Virus record (IMG/VR): IMGVR_UViG_3300031419_000378
Span: 13,249-77,248 of that record
Direction: 5' to 3' (one strand)
DNA length: 64,000 nucleotides
Source of the DNA: a virus
Lineage: Duplodnaviria > Caudoviricetes
This document shows, one piece after another, positions 17,584 through 27,074 of the stretch; the stretch's first letter is position 1; the number at the start of each line of letters is the position of its first letter. The position numbers were made by a program, and so were the translations under genes. The notes beneath the pieces are model-generated. The model saw nothing but the letters and a program-made list of their open reading frames with translations, ran no database searches and had not been told where the DNA came from.

Positions 17584-18528
17584 ATGTCCAGCGGCGCTAA
17601 GGTCGTCTCGGCCTATATTCGGGAAGCCACCGCAGGTGTCACACCTGCGGCAGGCGTATGGAATCTGCTCAAACGCACATCATGGGGTATTGCTCCCGAC
17701 CAGAGCACTGACGATAACGACGAGATCGGCGGCTCTCGCATGGCTCAAGGCAAAAGCATGGGCACCGTTGATGTCGGGGGCGATGTCGAAACTAAATTCC
17801 GCTGGGGCCAGCATGATGAATTTCTTGCGTCTTGTTTCGGTGCGGAGTGGGTTGATGATGTGCTGACGATGGGCAATGACCGTATTGCATTCAGTATGGC
17901 CACGTATGCCTCTGACATCGGCGTAGCGTCCATTGCTCGTGGCTGTCAGGTTGGCACGTTCAAAATGGAAATCCCAAATGATGGCGACATTACTGCAACC
18001 ATTACCGTTGCCGGTCTGGACTGGGATTCAAATGCCGACAGCAAAAGTTATTTTTCTGAGCCATCAGATAATGCAGGGGATCTGCGTTACTCCTTTAAAA
18101 ACGTCTCAGATATCAGTCTGAACGGCGTTGATGGTGGCAGCGGATTCTGTATTGATTCATTCGATATCTCATTTGATAACAACCTGCAGACTCAGCGCTG
18201 TATCGGTACTGGCTCAGCGTTCGCTGGTGCAAATATACAGACCACATTCACGCCGTCAGGCTCTATTACTCTGTCATGGTCAAAAGCTGCGTGGGTGGTG
18301 TGGAGCAAAAGCCTGACCGGGGCAACAGTGCCATTCAGTTTTGCTATCGCCAACGATGAAGGTTCGTACATGTTCGATTTTCCAAAAGTTCAGGTGGCCG
18401 GCGACTGGCCGGATGGTGGTAATACGGAAATCATTCAGGTTCAACTGGATATCACCGCAGCAGACGTTTCACCGACTATTACCCGTAAAGCCGCAGCAAG
18501 CGCGGACGACGACAGCGATCCTGCTTAA
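17584..18528 (+). CDS. Major tail tube protein
   Basis: 314 aa between tail terminator and chaperone. Confidence 0.85.
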   Translation: MSSGAKVVSAYIREATAGVTPAAGVWNLLKRTSWGIAPDQSTDDNDEIGGSRMAQGKSMGTVDVGGDVETKFRWGQHDEFLASCFGAEWVDDVLTMGNDRIAFSMATYASDIGVASIARGCQVGTFKMEIPNDGDITATITVAGLDWDSNADSKSYFSEPSDNAGDLRYSFKNVSDISLNGVDGGSGFCIDSFDISFDNNLQTQRCIGTGSAFAGANIQTTFTPSGSITLSWSKAAWVVWSKSLTGATVPFSFAIANDEGSYMFDFPKVQVAGDWPDGGNTEIIQVQLDITAADVSPTITRKAAASADDDSDPA

Positions 18529-18561
18529 CAGGCAGGCTGAGTATTTACAGGAAGGTTTTTA

Positions 18562-19077
18562 ATGTTATTGATTTCAGAAAAAATTGATTTAAATGGCGAG
18601 CGCTGGATCGGTGAAAAAGAAGGGCTGGAGAAGGGGTTGCGGCTTAAAGTCGGCAGCATACAAAACCCGGAATATCGGTCCCGTAATGCATTAATTCGCC
18701 GCCACATGGATAAACTGGACGCCACCTATAACGTTGGCACCAGTGAATTCATTCTGTCACAGGTAGGTGATATTGATTCCAGCGATGATCTGCTGATCGA
18801 GAACTGCGCCCGATATTTATTGCTCGACTGGCAGGGCGTTGGCGAGATGATAGGCGGCAAAGCCCAGGCGATTGACTATACCCCTGAAAAGGGGATTTTG
18901 CTGCTGCAGGCACAGCCCACCCTATACTGGATTATCCTGTCCGTTGCCGCCCAGATTGCCGAGGGCAAACAGAAGCAGGTTGAGGATACCGTGGGAAAGT
19001 ACTCGAAGCCCAAAAATGGCTCCAGGAGTTCGGCGGCGAGAAATCGGAGAAGGCGCGCTGGCGCCGCGAACAATTAA
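18562..19077 (+). CDS. Tail assembly chaperone (gpG-like)
   Basis: Between tail tube and tape measure; contains slippery G-GGA-AAG in frame. Confidence 0.8.
   Translation: MLLISEKIDLNGERWIGEKEGLEKGLRLKVGSIQNPEYRSRNALIRRHMDKLDATYNVGTSEFILSQVGDIDSSDDLLIENCARYLLLDWQGVGEMIGGKAQAIDYTPEKGILLLQAQPTLYWIILSVAAQIAEGKQKQVEDTVGKYSKPKNGSRSSAARNRRRRAGAANN
18993..18999 (+). other. Programmed -1 frameshift site GGGAAAG
   Basis: Same heptamer as the lambda G/T site, correctly phased (GTG GGA AAG); -1 frame open to 19349. Confidence 0.85.
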
Positions 19078-19349
19078 AACTGCCTCCCATACCTGAGCCA
19101 GATTTCGACAGTGTCTGCTCTGAAATCCTTTCTGCCTATTCCGTCATATCACGCCAGCGCCGATATGCGGGTTCTAACGCCGTTCCTCTTCCCATCAGCT
19201 GTGCTGAAATAGCCGGTTTTCTTACCTCACATCGCCTGATGATAGATCGAGATGAGTTTGAGGCGTCGATATACGCCCTTGATGATGCGTTTCGAACGAA
19301 CTGGGCTGAGCAACAGGAGAGGATTAGAAGGAAACAAAAAAATAAATAA
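18993..19349 (+). CDS. gpT-like frameshift extension (missing from ORF track)
   Basis: -1 frame reads GKVLEAQKWLQEFGGEKSEKARWRREQLKLPPIPEPDFD...RRKQKNK-stop. Confidence 0.8.
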   Translation, partial: GKVLEAQKWLQEFGGEKSEKARWRREQLKLPPIPEPDFDSVCSEILSAYSVISRQRRYAGSNAVPLPISCAEIAGFLTSHRLMIDRDEFEASIYALDDAFRTNWAEQQERIRRKQKNK

Positions 19350-19355
19350 AAAAAT

Positions 19356-19378
19356 GCCTGCTTTTGCGGGCTTTTTTT
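19356..19378 (+). terminator. Terminator-like hairpin
   Basis: GCCTGC-TTTT-GCGGGC followed by T7. Confidence 0.6.
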
Positions 19379-19392
19379 ATCTGGAGTAAAAA

Positions 19393-22300
19393 ATGTCTGA
19401 AACCGAGTCCAGGCTTGCGGTCGTTATTGACAGTACGGGCGCTGAGAAAAATGCAGTAAACCTCACGACAGCGCTTCAGGGATTGACCGAGTGGGGGCAG
19501 AAAGCGGCTTCCAGTGCCAATAAAGTCACAAAAGCTTCTGAAGATGAAAAGACTGCTTTAGAAAAATTAAAAACTGCTATCGATCCAGTCGGTGCAGCGA
19601 TCAACACAGTCGGCCGCAGATTTTCAGAACTAAAAAAATATTTCGATAAAGGTTTAATCGACAAAGAAGAATTCGATTTTCTTGCCAAAAAATTAAACGA
19701 AACCACCGAGGAATTAAGCGGCGTTGCTCAGGCACAGCGCGAGGCTGAAAAAGCAGGCAGAGCCGCGGCAGCACAGCAGCAGGCGCAGGCACGCGCATTC
19801 GACGCGATGCTGGCGAAAATCGATCCTCTGGCAGCTTCACTCAAAAATCTGGATCAGCAGCAGCGCGCCCTGGCTGAAGCTGCGACGGGTGGCAGGCTGA
19901 ACCTTGAGGAGTTCGATGCTTACTCCGCGAAACTGGCTGAAGCACGCCGGGAATTAACTGGCGAGGCCCAGGCAGAACGCGATGCTGAAAAAGCGCATAG
20001 AGCGCAGGTTGCTGCACTTCAGGCAACACTCGATAAGCTGGATCCGCTGGCGGCGGCCCTTAAAAACCTCGAAGCCCAGCAGCGCACTCTTTCTAAGGCT
20101 TTGTCGTCGGGTAAAATCAACGCCGAGCAGTACGATAACTACAGCAAGAAATTGGCAGAAGCACGTCGCGAAGTAACCGGTGAGGCGAAGGCGGAGCGGG
20201 AGGCTATCAAAGCCCATGAGGAGCAGCGCGCAGCACTCCAGCGGCTGGTTGCTCAGCTCGATCCTGTCAGCGAGAGTTTTCGACGTCTGGAGCAGCAGCA
20301 ACAGCAACTGGATAAGGCAAAATCAACGGGCCTTCTTTCAACAGACTCTTACTCTAAATTGTCCGGCACCCTGAGTGAAATGCGTGCTGAGCTGGAAAAA
20401 TCGCAGACTCAGCTGGCAAGAACGGGCATGTCCGCTAAACAAACCGCCTGGGCCATGCGCATGATACCGGCCCAGATGACCGACATTGTAGTGGGCCTCT
20501 CAACCGGTCAGTCTCCGTTCATGATTCTGATGCAGCAGGGCGGCCAGCTTAAGGACATGTTTGGCGGTATCGGTCCTGCCATCAAGGGCATGGCAACTTA
20601 TGTGGCTGGTTTAATCAATCCGGCCACGCTTGCCGCTGGCGCTGTCGGTGTTCTGGGGCTGGCCTATTATAAAGGGCAGCAGGAGCAGGACCGGTTTAAT
20701 CAGTCTCTGACGTTAACCAATAATCTGGTCGGAAAAACTGCCAGCGAACTGGTAGCTATGTCCTCGCGTGTAGCCGCCACCGCAAACTCAACTACCGGCG
20801 CAGCGTCGGCAGTGATTAACGAACTGGTCGGCACTGGTAAAGTTGCGGGCGACGAACTGGAGCGCGTGGCAACCGCGATAGTTGAGATTACGCGTGAAAC
20901 GGGTATCTCTACCGACGAGCTGGTGGGGAATTTTAATGAGCTATCAGGTAAGCCACTTAGTGCACTGGTCAGCCTAAACGATAAATATCATTTCCTGACG
21001 CTGGCGACGTATAACCAGGTTAAGGCGCTGCAGGATGAGGGCAACCAGCAGGAGGCCGCGCGCGTTGCAACTGAGGCGTACGCAAGCGCGATGCAGCAAC
21101 GCTCTCAGGAGATCCACAACAACCTCGGATCGCTTGAGCGCGCATGGAATTCCCTGGCAAATGCTGCCGGTAATGCTTGGGATAAAATGCTGGATATTGG
21201 CAGAGGCCAGTCACCGGCTGACGCACTGGCTACGCTCAACAAAAACATAGCAGATGCACAGAAACGTCAGGCAGAGGGCGGAATCTGGAACAGATTTACG
21301 GCCAATGCCAATGGCTACAACCTGCCTGAGATGATCAAACAGCGTGATGAGCTGCAGGCACAAATCACAACGCAGGATGTTCTAACCGGCGCGATCACTA
21401 AGCACGACCAGGCGCAGCAAAAACTGGTCAAAACTCAGATCGAGGCAGACAGAGCCAACGAGCTATTTCTCAGCAATGCCGAGCGCCGTAATAAAGCGAT
21501 AAAGGAGCAGAAAAAGTTTCTGGATGCGGGAGCAATTAGCGCGCAGCAATACGCTAATAATGTCCAGCGCATCAATGAAATGTATAAAGATCCGAAACCG
21601 GCTAAAACTCCTAAAACGCCGAAAGCCAAAGCGTACAGAGAGGATGCAGGGGCGCGTCTGCTGGAATCTATTCATCAGCAAACTGCAGCACTAAATGCGC
21701 AGCTCGTTTCGGCTGACAAGCTTTCATCAGCAACTCAGAAACGCATCAAATTTGAGCAGCAGATTTCAGAGCTGAAGGGGAAGGCCAAACTCACCACGGA
21801 CCAAAAATCATTACTGGCGCAATCAGACGAAATCATTCAAGCGTATAAAGCTCAGGAGGCACTGCAGGCCCAGGTAACGACGCTGACGGATTTCCACAAA
21901 ATGCAGTTGGCCGTTCGTGACCAGGTTCAGAAGACAAACGACCTGCTGACTACCCGGCTTGCGCTGCTCGAAAAGGCCAAAGCCACCGGACAACTCAAGC
22001 CCGGTGAGTATGACAAAACCAAGGCCGATATTTATAAAAATACGCCTGTGACGTTGCCAAAAACTGTCACACAGGTCACCGGGACGCTGGCACCGCAGGG
22101 CGGCCAGTTATCAGGATCGTATGGAGGTATGCAGACCCAACTTAATCAGGTGATGCAGGCACAACAGCAACTCCAGCTCTGGCTGCAGCAGCAGCAGGCC
22201 GCTTACGCTCAGGCTGCGCAGATCACCACCGAAGGCGAGGCCAGAATGACGGCCATCAGGCAGAAAGCGGCAGAGGCTAATCAGGCGCTGGAAACGCAGA

Positions 22301-22980
22301 AAACTACGCTGATTAACACGGCCACGCAGAGCATGATGGACAGCAGCCTTTCTATCTTGGCGACGGGATTTGGTGAGCAGTCGGGGATCTATAAAGCAGC
22401 GTTTGCAGCGAGCAAGGCGTTCGCTATTGCTCAGTCTCTGGTCTCCATCCAGCAGGGTATTGCGATGGCTGCGGCGAACCCATTCCCGTATAACATCGCG
22501 GCAATGGCATCAGTTGCGGCGGCAACAGCCAGCATTGTTTCTGACCTCTCATCGGTTGCTGGTGTGGGTTTCAAAAGCGGCGGCTTCACCGGTAGCGGAG
22601 GAGTTAACGACATTGCCGGGGTAGTACATGGCAAGGAATACGTTTTTGATGCTGCCGCAACTAAAAGCATCGGTGTTTCAAATCTTGATAACATCCGCAA
22701 AAACGGGCTGGACGCCACTTTGTCACGCGAGGGATATGGAACCGGCGCGACAAACGTGTCTGGAGATACTGTTTCAACTAAGCAGAATTTTAATTTTACT
22801 GGCTCGCCCATTTCCATAAATGGTAACCCGTCTGATACCACGATTGCGCTCGTCAGGCAGGCACAAATTGAGGGGGCTAAACAGGGTTATGAAATGGTCG
22901 CCAAACATCTGGCAAGCGGGCAGGGTAAGGTCTCGAAAGCGCTGGGTAATGGCTGGAACACAAAACGGAGAATCGGCTAA
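19393..22980 (+). CDS. Tail tape measure protein
   Basis: 1195 aa Ala/Gln-rich helical; [21 protein letters not shown]; internal 73-aa repeats. Confidence 0.95.
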   Translation: MSETESRLAVVIDSTGAEKNAVNLTTALQGLTEWGQKAASSANKVTKASEDEKTALEKLKTAIDPVGAAINTVGRRFSELKKYFDKGLIDKEEFDFLAKKLNETTEELSGVAQAQREAEKAGRAAAAQQQAQARAFDAMLAKIDPLAASLKNLDQQQRALAEAATGGRLNLEEFDAYSAKLAEARRELTGEAQAERDAEKAHRAQVAALQATLDKLDPLAAALKNLEAQQRTLSKALSSGKINAEQYDNYSKKLAEARREVTGEAKAEREAIKAHEEQRAALQRLVAQLDPVSESFRRLEQQQQQLDKAKSTGLLSTDSYSKLSGTLSEMRAELEKSQTQLARTGMSAKQTAWAMRMIPAQMTDIVVGLSTGQSPFMILMQQGGQLKDMFGGIGPAIKGMATYVAGLINPATLAAGAVGVLGLAYYKGQQEQDRFNQSLTLTNNLVGKTASELVAMSSRVAATANSTTGAASAVINELVGTGKVAGDELERVATAIVEITRETGISTDELVGNFNELSGKPLSALVSLNDKYHFLTLATYNQVKALQDEGNQQEAARVATEAYASAMQQRSQEIHNNLGSLERAWNSLANAAGNAWDKMLDIGRGQSPADALATLNKNIADAQKRQAEGGIWNRFTANANGYNLPEMIKQRDELQAQITTQDVLTGAITKHDQAQQKLVKTQIEADRANELFLSNAERRNKAIKEQKKFLDAGAISAQQYANNVQRINEMYKDPKPAKTPKTPKAKAYREDAGARLLESIHQQTAALNAQLVSADKLSSATQKRIKFEQQISELKGKAKLTTDQKSLLAQSDEIIQAYKAQEALQAQVTTLTDFHKMQLAVRDQVQKTNDLLTTRLALLEKAKATGQLKPGEYDKTKADIYKNTPVTLPKTVTQVTGTLAPQGGQLSGSYGGMQTQLNQVMQAQQQLQLWLQQQQAAYAQAAQITTEGEARMTAIRQKAAEANQALETQKTTLINTATQSMMDSSLSILATGFGEQSGIYKAAFAASKAFAIAQSLVSIQQGIAMAAANPFPYNIAAMASVAAATASIVSDLSSVAGVGFKSGGFTGSGGVNDIAGVVHGKEYVFDAAATKSIGVSNLDNIRKNGLDATLSREGYGTGATNVSGDTVSTKQNFNFTGSPISINGNPSDTTIALVRQAQIEGAKQGYEMVAKHLASGQGKVSKALGNGWNTKRRIG

Positions 22981-23453
22981 TGGCGGATATTTTTTATCCT
23001 CATGATTATCTGCCTATGCCGCTGCAGGACGGCTATGGGTTTGAACCAATAGATCCGCTGCTGCGTACCACTATGACGTCAGGCAGGGCGCGCCAGCGCC
23101 GTCGCTATCTATCAACTCCCACCAATGCCTCAGTAACCTGGCAATTTTTGAATCAGGGGGCGGCTCAGTATTTCGAATTGTGGTACCGCTACATCCTGAA
23201 AGACGGGGTGAACTGGTTTTACATGAAACTGCAGACCCCAATCGGGCTGGATGATTATAAATGCCGGTTCATGGGTATTTATAAAGGGCCGACCCTGGTT
23301 CCTCCGCATTACTGGCAGTACACGGCAACGCTGGAATTATGGGACAGGCCCACGATTGATAGCTCATGGGGTGAGTTCCCTGATTACATTGTCAACGCCA
23401 ATATTATTGATCTGGCTCTGAATAGAGAGTGGCCCAAAAATGACGGTACTTAA
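22980..23453 (+). CDS. Distal tail/minor tail protein
   Basis: Follows TMP; SGRARQRRRY motif. Confidence 0.75.
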   Translation: MADIFYPHDYLPMPLQDGYGFEPIDPLLRTTMTSGRARQRRRYLSTPTNASVTWQFLNQGAAQYFELWYRYILKDGVNWFYMKLQTPIGLDDYKCRFMGIYKGPTLVPPHYWQYTATLELWDRPTIDSSWGEFPDYIVNANIIDLALNREWPKNDGT

Positions 23454-23922
23454 CAGGCTTTACGCCTCTGGCGGCAGTGAGGTCATCCTTGAGACGCTGG
23501 AAATTAATGTCGCCGGTAAAACGCACTGGCTGGCTGGCGGATGGACTGATTTCACCGCCACAATCGAGACGGGGGAGGTAAAAACCTTTACTGCCTGCGG
23601 CATAGATATCGCCCTGCCTGCAAAAAACGCAGACGGTACTCAGGATCTCAATTTTGCTATCTGCAATGTGGATGGGGTTGTTTCATCAGAGGTGAGAGAC
23701 GCGATCAATAATCTGCAGGATGCATATCTGATTTACCGCTGCTTCATTTCAACCGACAGATCAGCACCAGCCAATGTTCCCTATACGCTCAAGATTAAAT
23801 CTGGTTACTGGACGGCGGTTGAGGTTCAGTTCACAGCCGGTTATATGAACGTACTCGATACAGCCTGGCCGCGCTGGCGTTACACGCTCCCGGAATTTCC
23901 GGGACTGCGCTACATTTCCTGA
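23440..23922 (+). CDS. Tail tip protein (DUF1833-like)
   Basis: Position; WPR.RYT...FPGLRY C-terminus. Confidence 0.75.
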   Translation: MTVLNRLYASGGSEVILETLEINVAGKTHWLAGGWTDFTATIETGEVKTFTACGIDIALPAKNADGTQDLNFAICNVDGVVSSEVRDAINNLQDAYLIYRCFISTDRSAPANVPYTLKIKSGYWTAVEVQFTAGYMNVLDTAWPRWRYTLPEFPGLRYIS

Positions 23923-23943
23923 TTCTTCCAAAAAGGTTTTATT

Positions 23944-24324
23944 TTGTTCAATCCTGAAAAATACCTTTCAGCTGTATGGCTGGAGGGCGGGCGCACTTTT
24001 CCCGAAATTGACTGTTTCGGGCTAATTAACGAAATACGGCGCGACATGAATTTACCCGCCTGGCCTGAATTTGCCGGTGTAACAAAAAACGATGACGGCC
24101 TAAACCGAGAGGCACTGAAGCTGATGAAAACACTCACGCGCTGTGAGCCTCAGGTTGGCGCAGGCGTGGCATGTTACACCGGTAGTCTGGTGACGCATGT
24201 GGCGATCATCGTCAGTATCGACGGCATGCTATTTGTCGCCGAGTGCAACCCTAAACTCAATGTAACTTTCATGTCATTAGCCCGATTTAAACGGCGATTT
24301 GTTAAGGTTGAATTCTGGCTATGA
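23944..24324 (+). CDS. Tail tip NlpC/P60-like protein (gpK-like), TTG start
   Basis: GGR...IDCFGL and THVAI catalytic-type motifs. Confidence 0.75.
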   Translation: MFNPEKYLSAVWLEGGRTFPEIDCFGLINEIRRDMNLPAWPEFAGVTKNDDGLNREALKLMKTLTRCEPQVGAGVACYTGSLVTHVAIIVSIDGMLFVAECNPKLNVTFMSLARFKRRFVKVEFWL

Positions 24325-27038
24325 CTATCCGCATTTATCCCTCTCGTTTGCCTGGTGAGCCTCTGGAAACACATTGCCACGATGCTATGACGCTGCATGA
24401 ATGGATGACCGCTAACGTCAGCGGCTACAGCATTAATCGCGAACAGCCGGTGACAGTCGAAATTAATGGCCGGCGTCTTTTTCCTGAAAAATGGAACATA
24501 GATATTCTCAGGCCTTCTGATGATGTCAGAATTTATCCTGTGCCGCGTGGTGCTGTAGCACTTGCCTGGGTTGCGGTCGCAATGGCAGTCGCATCTGCGG
24601 CATATGCAATTTTCTCTGCCAGAGGAATGGATAGCTCTTATCAGTCTGTGGGTTCTGGCTCTTCACTGGATCTAAATCCCGCTAAGGCGAACAGTCCCGC
24701 GCTGGGTGACCCAATCAGAGAGGTTTTTGGCAAGCATCAAATCTACCCGGATTACGTTGTGTCACCAGTCGGCCGTTTTGACTCAAATGATCCTGAAAAA
24801 TATGTCGTAAGCCTTTTCGTTTGCCTTGGAGTAGGAAATTTTTCTTTCTCCGAGGGTGATCTCAGGGTGGGCTCCACACCGGTCACATCGCTGGGGGATG
24901 GATTTAGTTATGCGGTTTTTCCTCCAGGATCAAATGTTGGCGGTGATGAAAGGACAGAGAATTGGTTTATCTCAACTGAGGTTGGGGGGACTTCGAGCGG
25001 CAGCGGCCTTGATATGGGTACTACAGCGCCTGAAACCGATGACATTTTGGCTGACTCAATTACGGTCGCAGGTGGCTCACTAACGTTCAGTAACCTCGTC
25101 ACAGACGATGACGGTGGATCGACGTCCAATGACAATAAATTGCCAGAAAGCTGGATTGTGGGCGCTTCTGTAACGCTCATTGTGCCTGACTCATTCAGTG
25201 TCACAACCAGCGGGCTTTACAGCCAGATTACTGGCGCCAGTCTTAGTGAACTGGCCCCCTATGTCGGCATGCCTGTTTCTCTGGTTTATAACAGCATCAC
25301 CTATTCTCTGCTGATTGCCAGCTACACGCCAGCATCTGAGGAAACGCAGGCGTCGGTAACACTGGCTTATGAGGGCAGCAATGGCGCAGCATTCTCAGGC
25401 ATCCCGGAGGGTATGCAACGAATTTCCCTGAGTCATTCCGGGAGCAATTATCGACTGCTCACTACTGATGGTGCATCGGTGACAGTGGCACGGTTGATTA
25501 ATGGAGTTCAGGACGGAACATGGCCCGGATTCAGCGCCCGCACTTCTCTCGATTTTCAGGCTACGGGCATCAATGACAATGAGAAATGGCTGGGGCCGTT
25601 TCTTGCCTGTCCTGAGAATGAAACCACCAACTGTTTTGAGGTAAATTTTTCTTTTCCGTCAGGAATTTGCGGATTTAAAGATAACGGAAAGAAAAAGGAT
25701 CGCACCGTCAAACTGGAACTTCAATATCGAGTCTATGGTTCCGGGGAGGGCTGGACCTCCAAAAAATATAGCTACAAAAATAAATCTATAAACGGCCTGG
25801 GTTACACCGAGAGAATCACAACCAGCAAATCAGGGCTGGTGGAGGTCCGTTGCCGCCGAACCAACGAGCAGGGCGAGAAAAATTGCCGCGATAGCGCATA
25901 CTGGCAGGCATTGAGAGCGCGCCTACCGGCGCGCCCAGCAAGCTATAAAGGCGTCACTACAATGGCTGTTAGTGTCGAAACAGGCGGTAAATTAGCTGCT
26001 CAGTCGGATCGTCGCATAAATGCTGTGGTAACACGTCAATACGATAGGGGAACAGCCAGAACCGTTTCAGGAGCATTGTTTCACGTATTGGATAGCCTGA
26101 GTATGGCTGCCGATGAAACCACCATAAACTCCCTCGAACAAACCTACTGGACCCCACGCCATGAATATTTCGATTTCAGTGCAGACTCTGATAGCACTTC
26201 TGCGCTTGATATTCTTCAAGCGATAACGAATGCAGGGATGAGCTATTTTCTGCTGTCTGATGGACTGGCATCGGCAGGGCGTGAAGGAGTGAAAACCTGG
26301 ACCGGAGCGATAACACCGCAGGAAACTACTGAGGAACTAAAAACCACGTTCACTCTGCCATCACAGGATGATTATGATGGTGTTGACGTTACCTACATCA
26401 ATGGTGATACGTGGTCAGAGGAAACCATACAGTGCCGGTTACCTGACAGGCCGACGCCATTAAAAATCGAGAACTACAAACTCGACGGCGTACTGGATAA
26501 GGATCGGGCATATCGTATCGGCATGCGCCGTTTAATGGGCTATCGGTATGAAAAACTGACTCACAACGTCTCCACTGAAATGGACGGCCTCTGTTATGAG
26601 TACATGGACCGCGTTGTTCTCGCAGACGATATACCGGGTCATGACACTATAAGTTGTTTGATAGTTGCGGCCACGTCAGATGGTAAAACTCTGTCGCTAA
26701 CGCTAAGTGAGCCTCCAGACTGGAATTTCACTAATCCCGTGTGCCTTATACGGCTGCAGGACGGGACTGCAACGGGCCTCATTAAACCAACATTTATTGA
26801 TGAGTTCAGTCTGAGCGTTCCGCTTACAGCTGCACTGGCATTCGATGAATGGATTATGGACGATCCGGCCGTCGAACCGCCCCGGCTGATTTTCTGCAGT
26901 TCCCAGCGGGTTGGATATGACGCGCTTCTGAAAGAAATAACCCCCTCGTCTGACGGCACCTGCGAAATCACCGCGACGCAATATACCCCACTCAAATATC
27001 AGTATGACGACGCCAGCTATCCCGGCGACGTTTCCTAA
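24321..27038 (+). CDS. Central tail/host-specificity protein (gpJ-like)
   Basis: 905 aa; typical tail-tip hub position and size. Confidence 0.85.
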   Translation: MTIRIYPSRLPGEPLETHCHDAMTLHEWMTANVSGYSINREQPVTVEINGRRLFPEKWNIDILRPSDDVRIYPVPRGAVALAWVAVAMAVASAAYAIFSARGMDSSYQSVGSGSSLDLNPAKANSPALGDPIREVFGKHQIYPDYVVSPVGRFDSNDPEKYVVSLFVCLGVGNFSFSEGDLRVGSTPVTSLGDGFSYAVFPPGSNVGGDERTENWFISTEVGGTSSGSGLDMGTTAPETDDILADSITVAGGSLTFSNLVTDDDGGSTSNDNKLPESWIVGASVTLIVPDSFSVTTSGLYSQITGASLSELAPYVGMPVSLVYNSITYSLLIASYTPASEETQASVTLAYEGSNGAAFSGIPEGMQRISLSHSGSNYRLLTTDGASVTVARLINGVQDGTWPGFSARTSLDFQATGINDNEKWLGPFLACPENETTNCFEVNFSFPSGICGFKDNGKKKDRTVKLELQYRVYGSGEGWTSKKYSYKNKSINGLGYTERITTSKSGLVEVRCRRTNEQGEKNCRDSAYWQALRARLPARPASYKGVTTMAVSVETGGKLAAQSDRRINAVVTRQYDRGTARTVSGALFHVLDSLSMAADETTINSLEQTYWTPRHEYFDFSADSDSTSALDILQAITNAGMSYFLLSDGLASAGREGVKTWTGAITPQETTEELKTTFTLPSQDDYDGVDVTYINGDTWSEETIQCRLPDRPTPLKIENYKLDGVLDKDRAYRIGMRRLMGYRYEKLTHNVSTEMDGLCYEYMDRVVLADDIPGHDTISCLIVAATSDGKTLSLTLSEPPDWNFTNPVCLIRLQDGTATGLIKPTFIDEFSLSVPLTAALAFDEWIMDDPAVEPPRLIFCSSQRVGYDALLKEITPSSDGTCEITATQYTPLKYQYDDASYPGDVS

Positions 27039-27041
27039 TTA

Positions 27042-27065
27042 AACCCGCTTAGGCGGGTTTTTTTT
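27042..27065 (+). terminator. Terminator-like hairpin
   Basis: AACCCGC-TTAG-GCGGGTT followed by a T run. Confidence 0.7.
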
Positions 27066-27074
27066 GAGGCAAAA

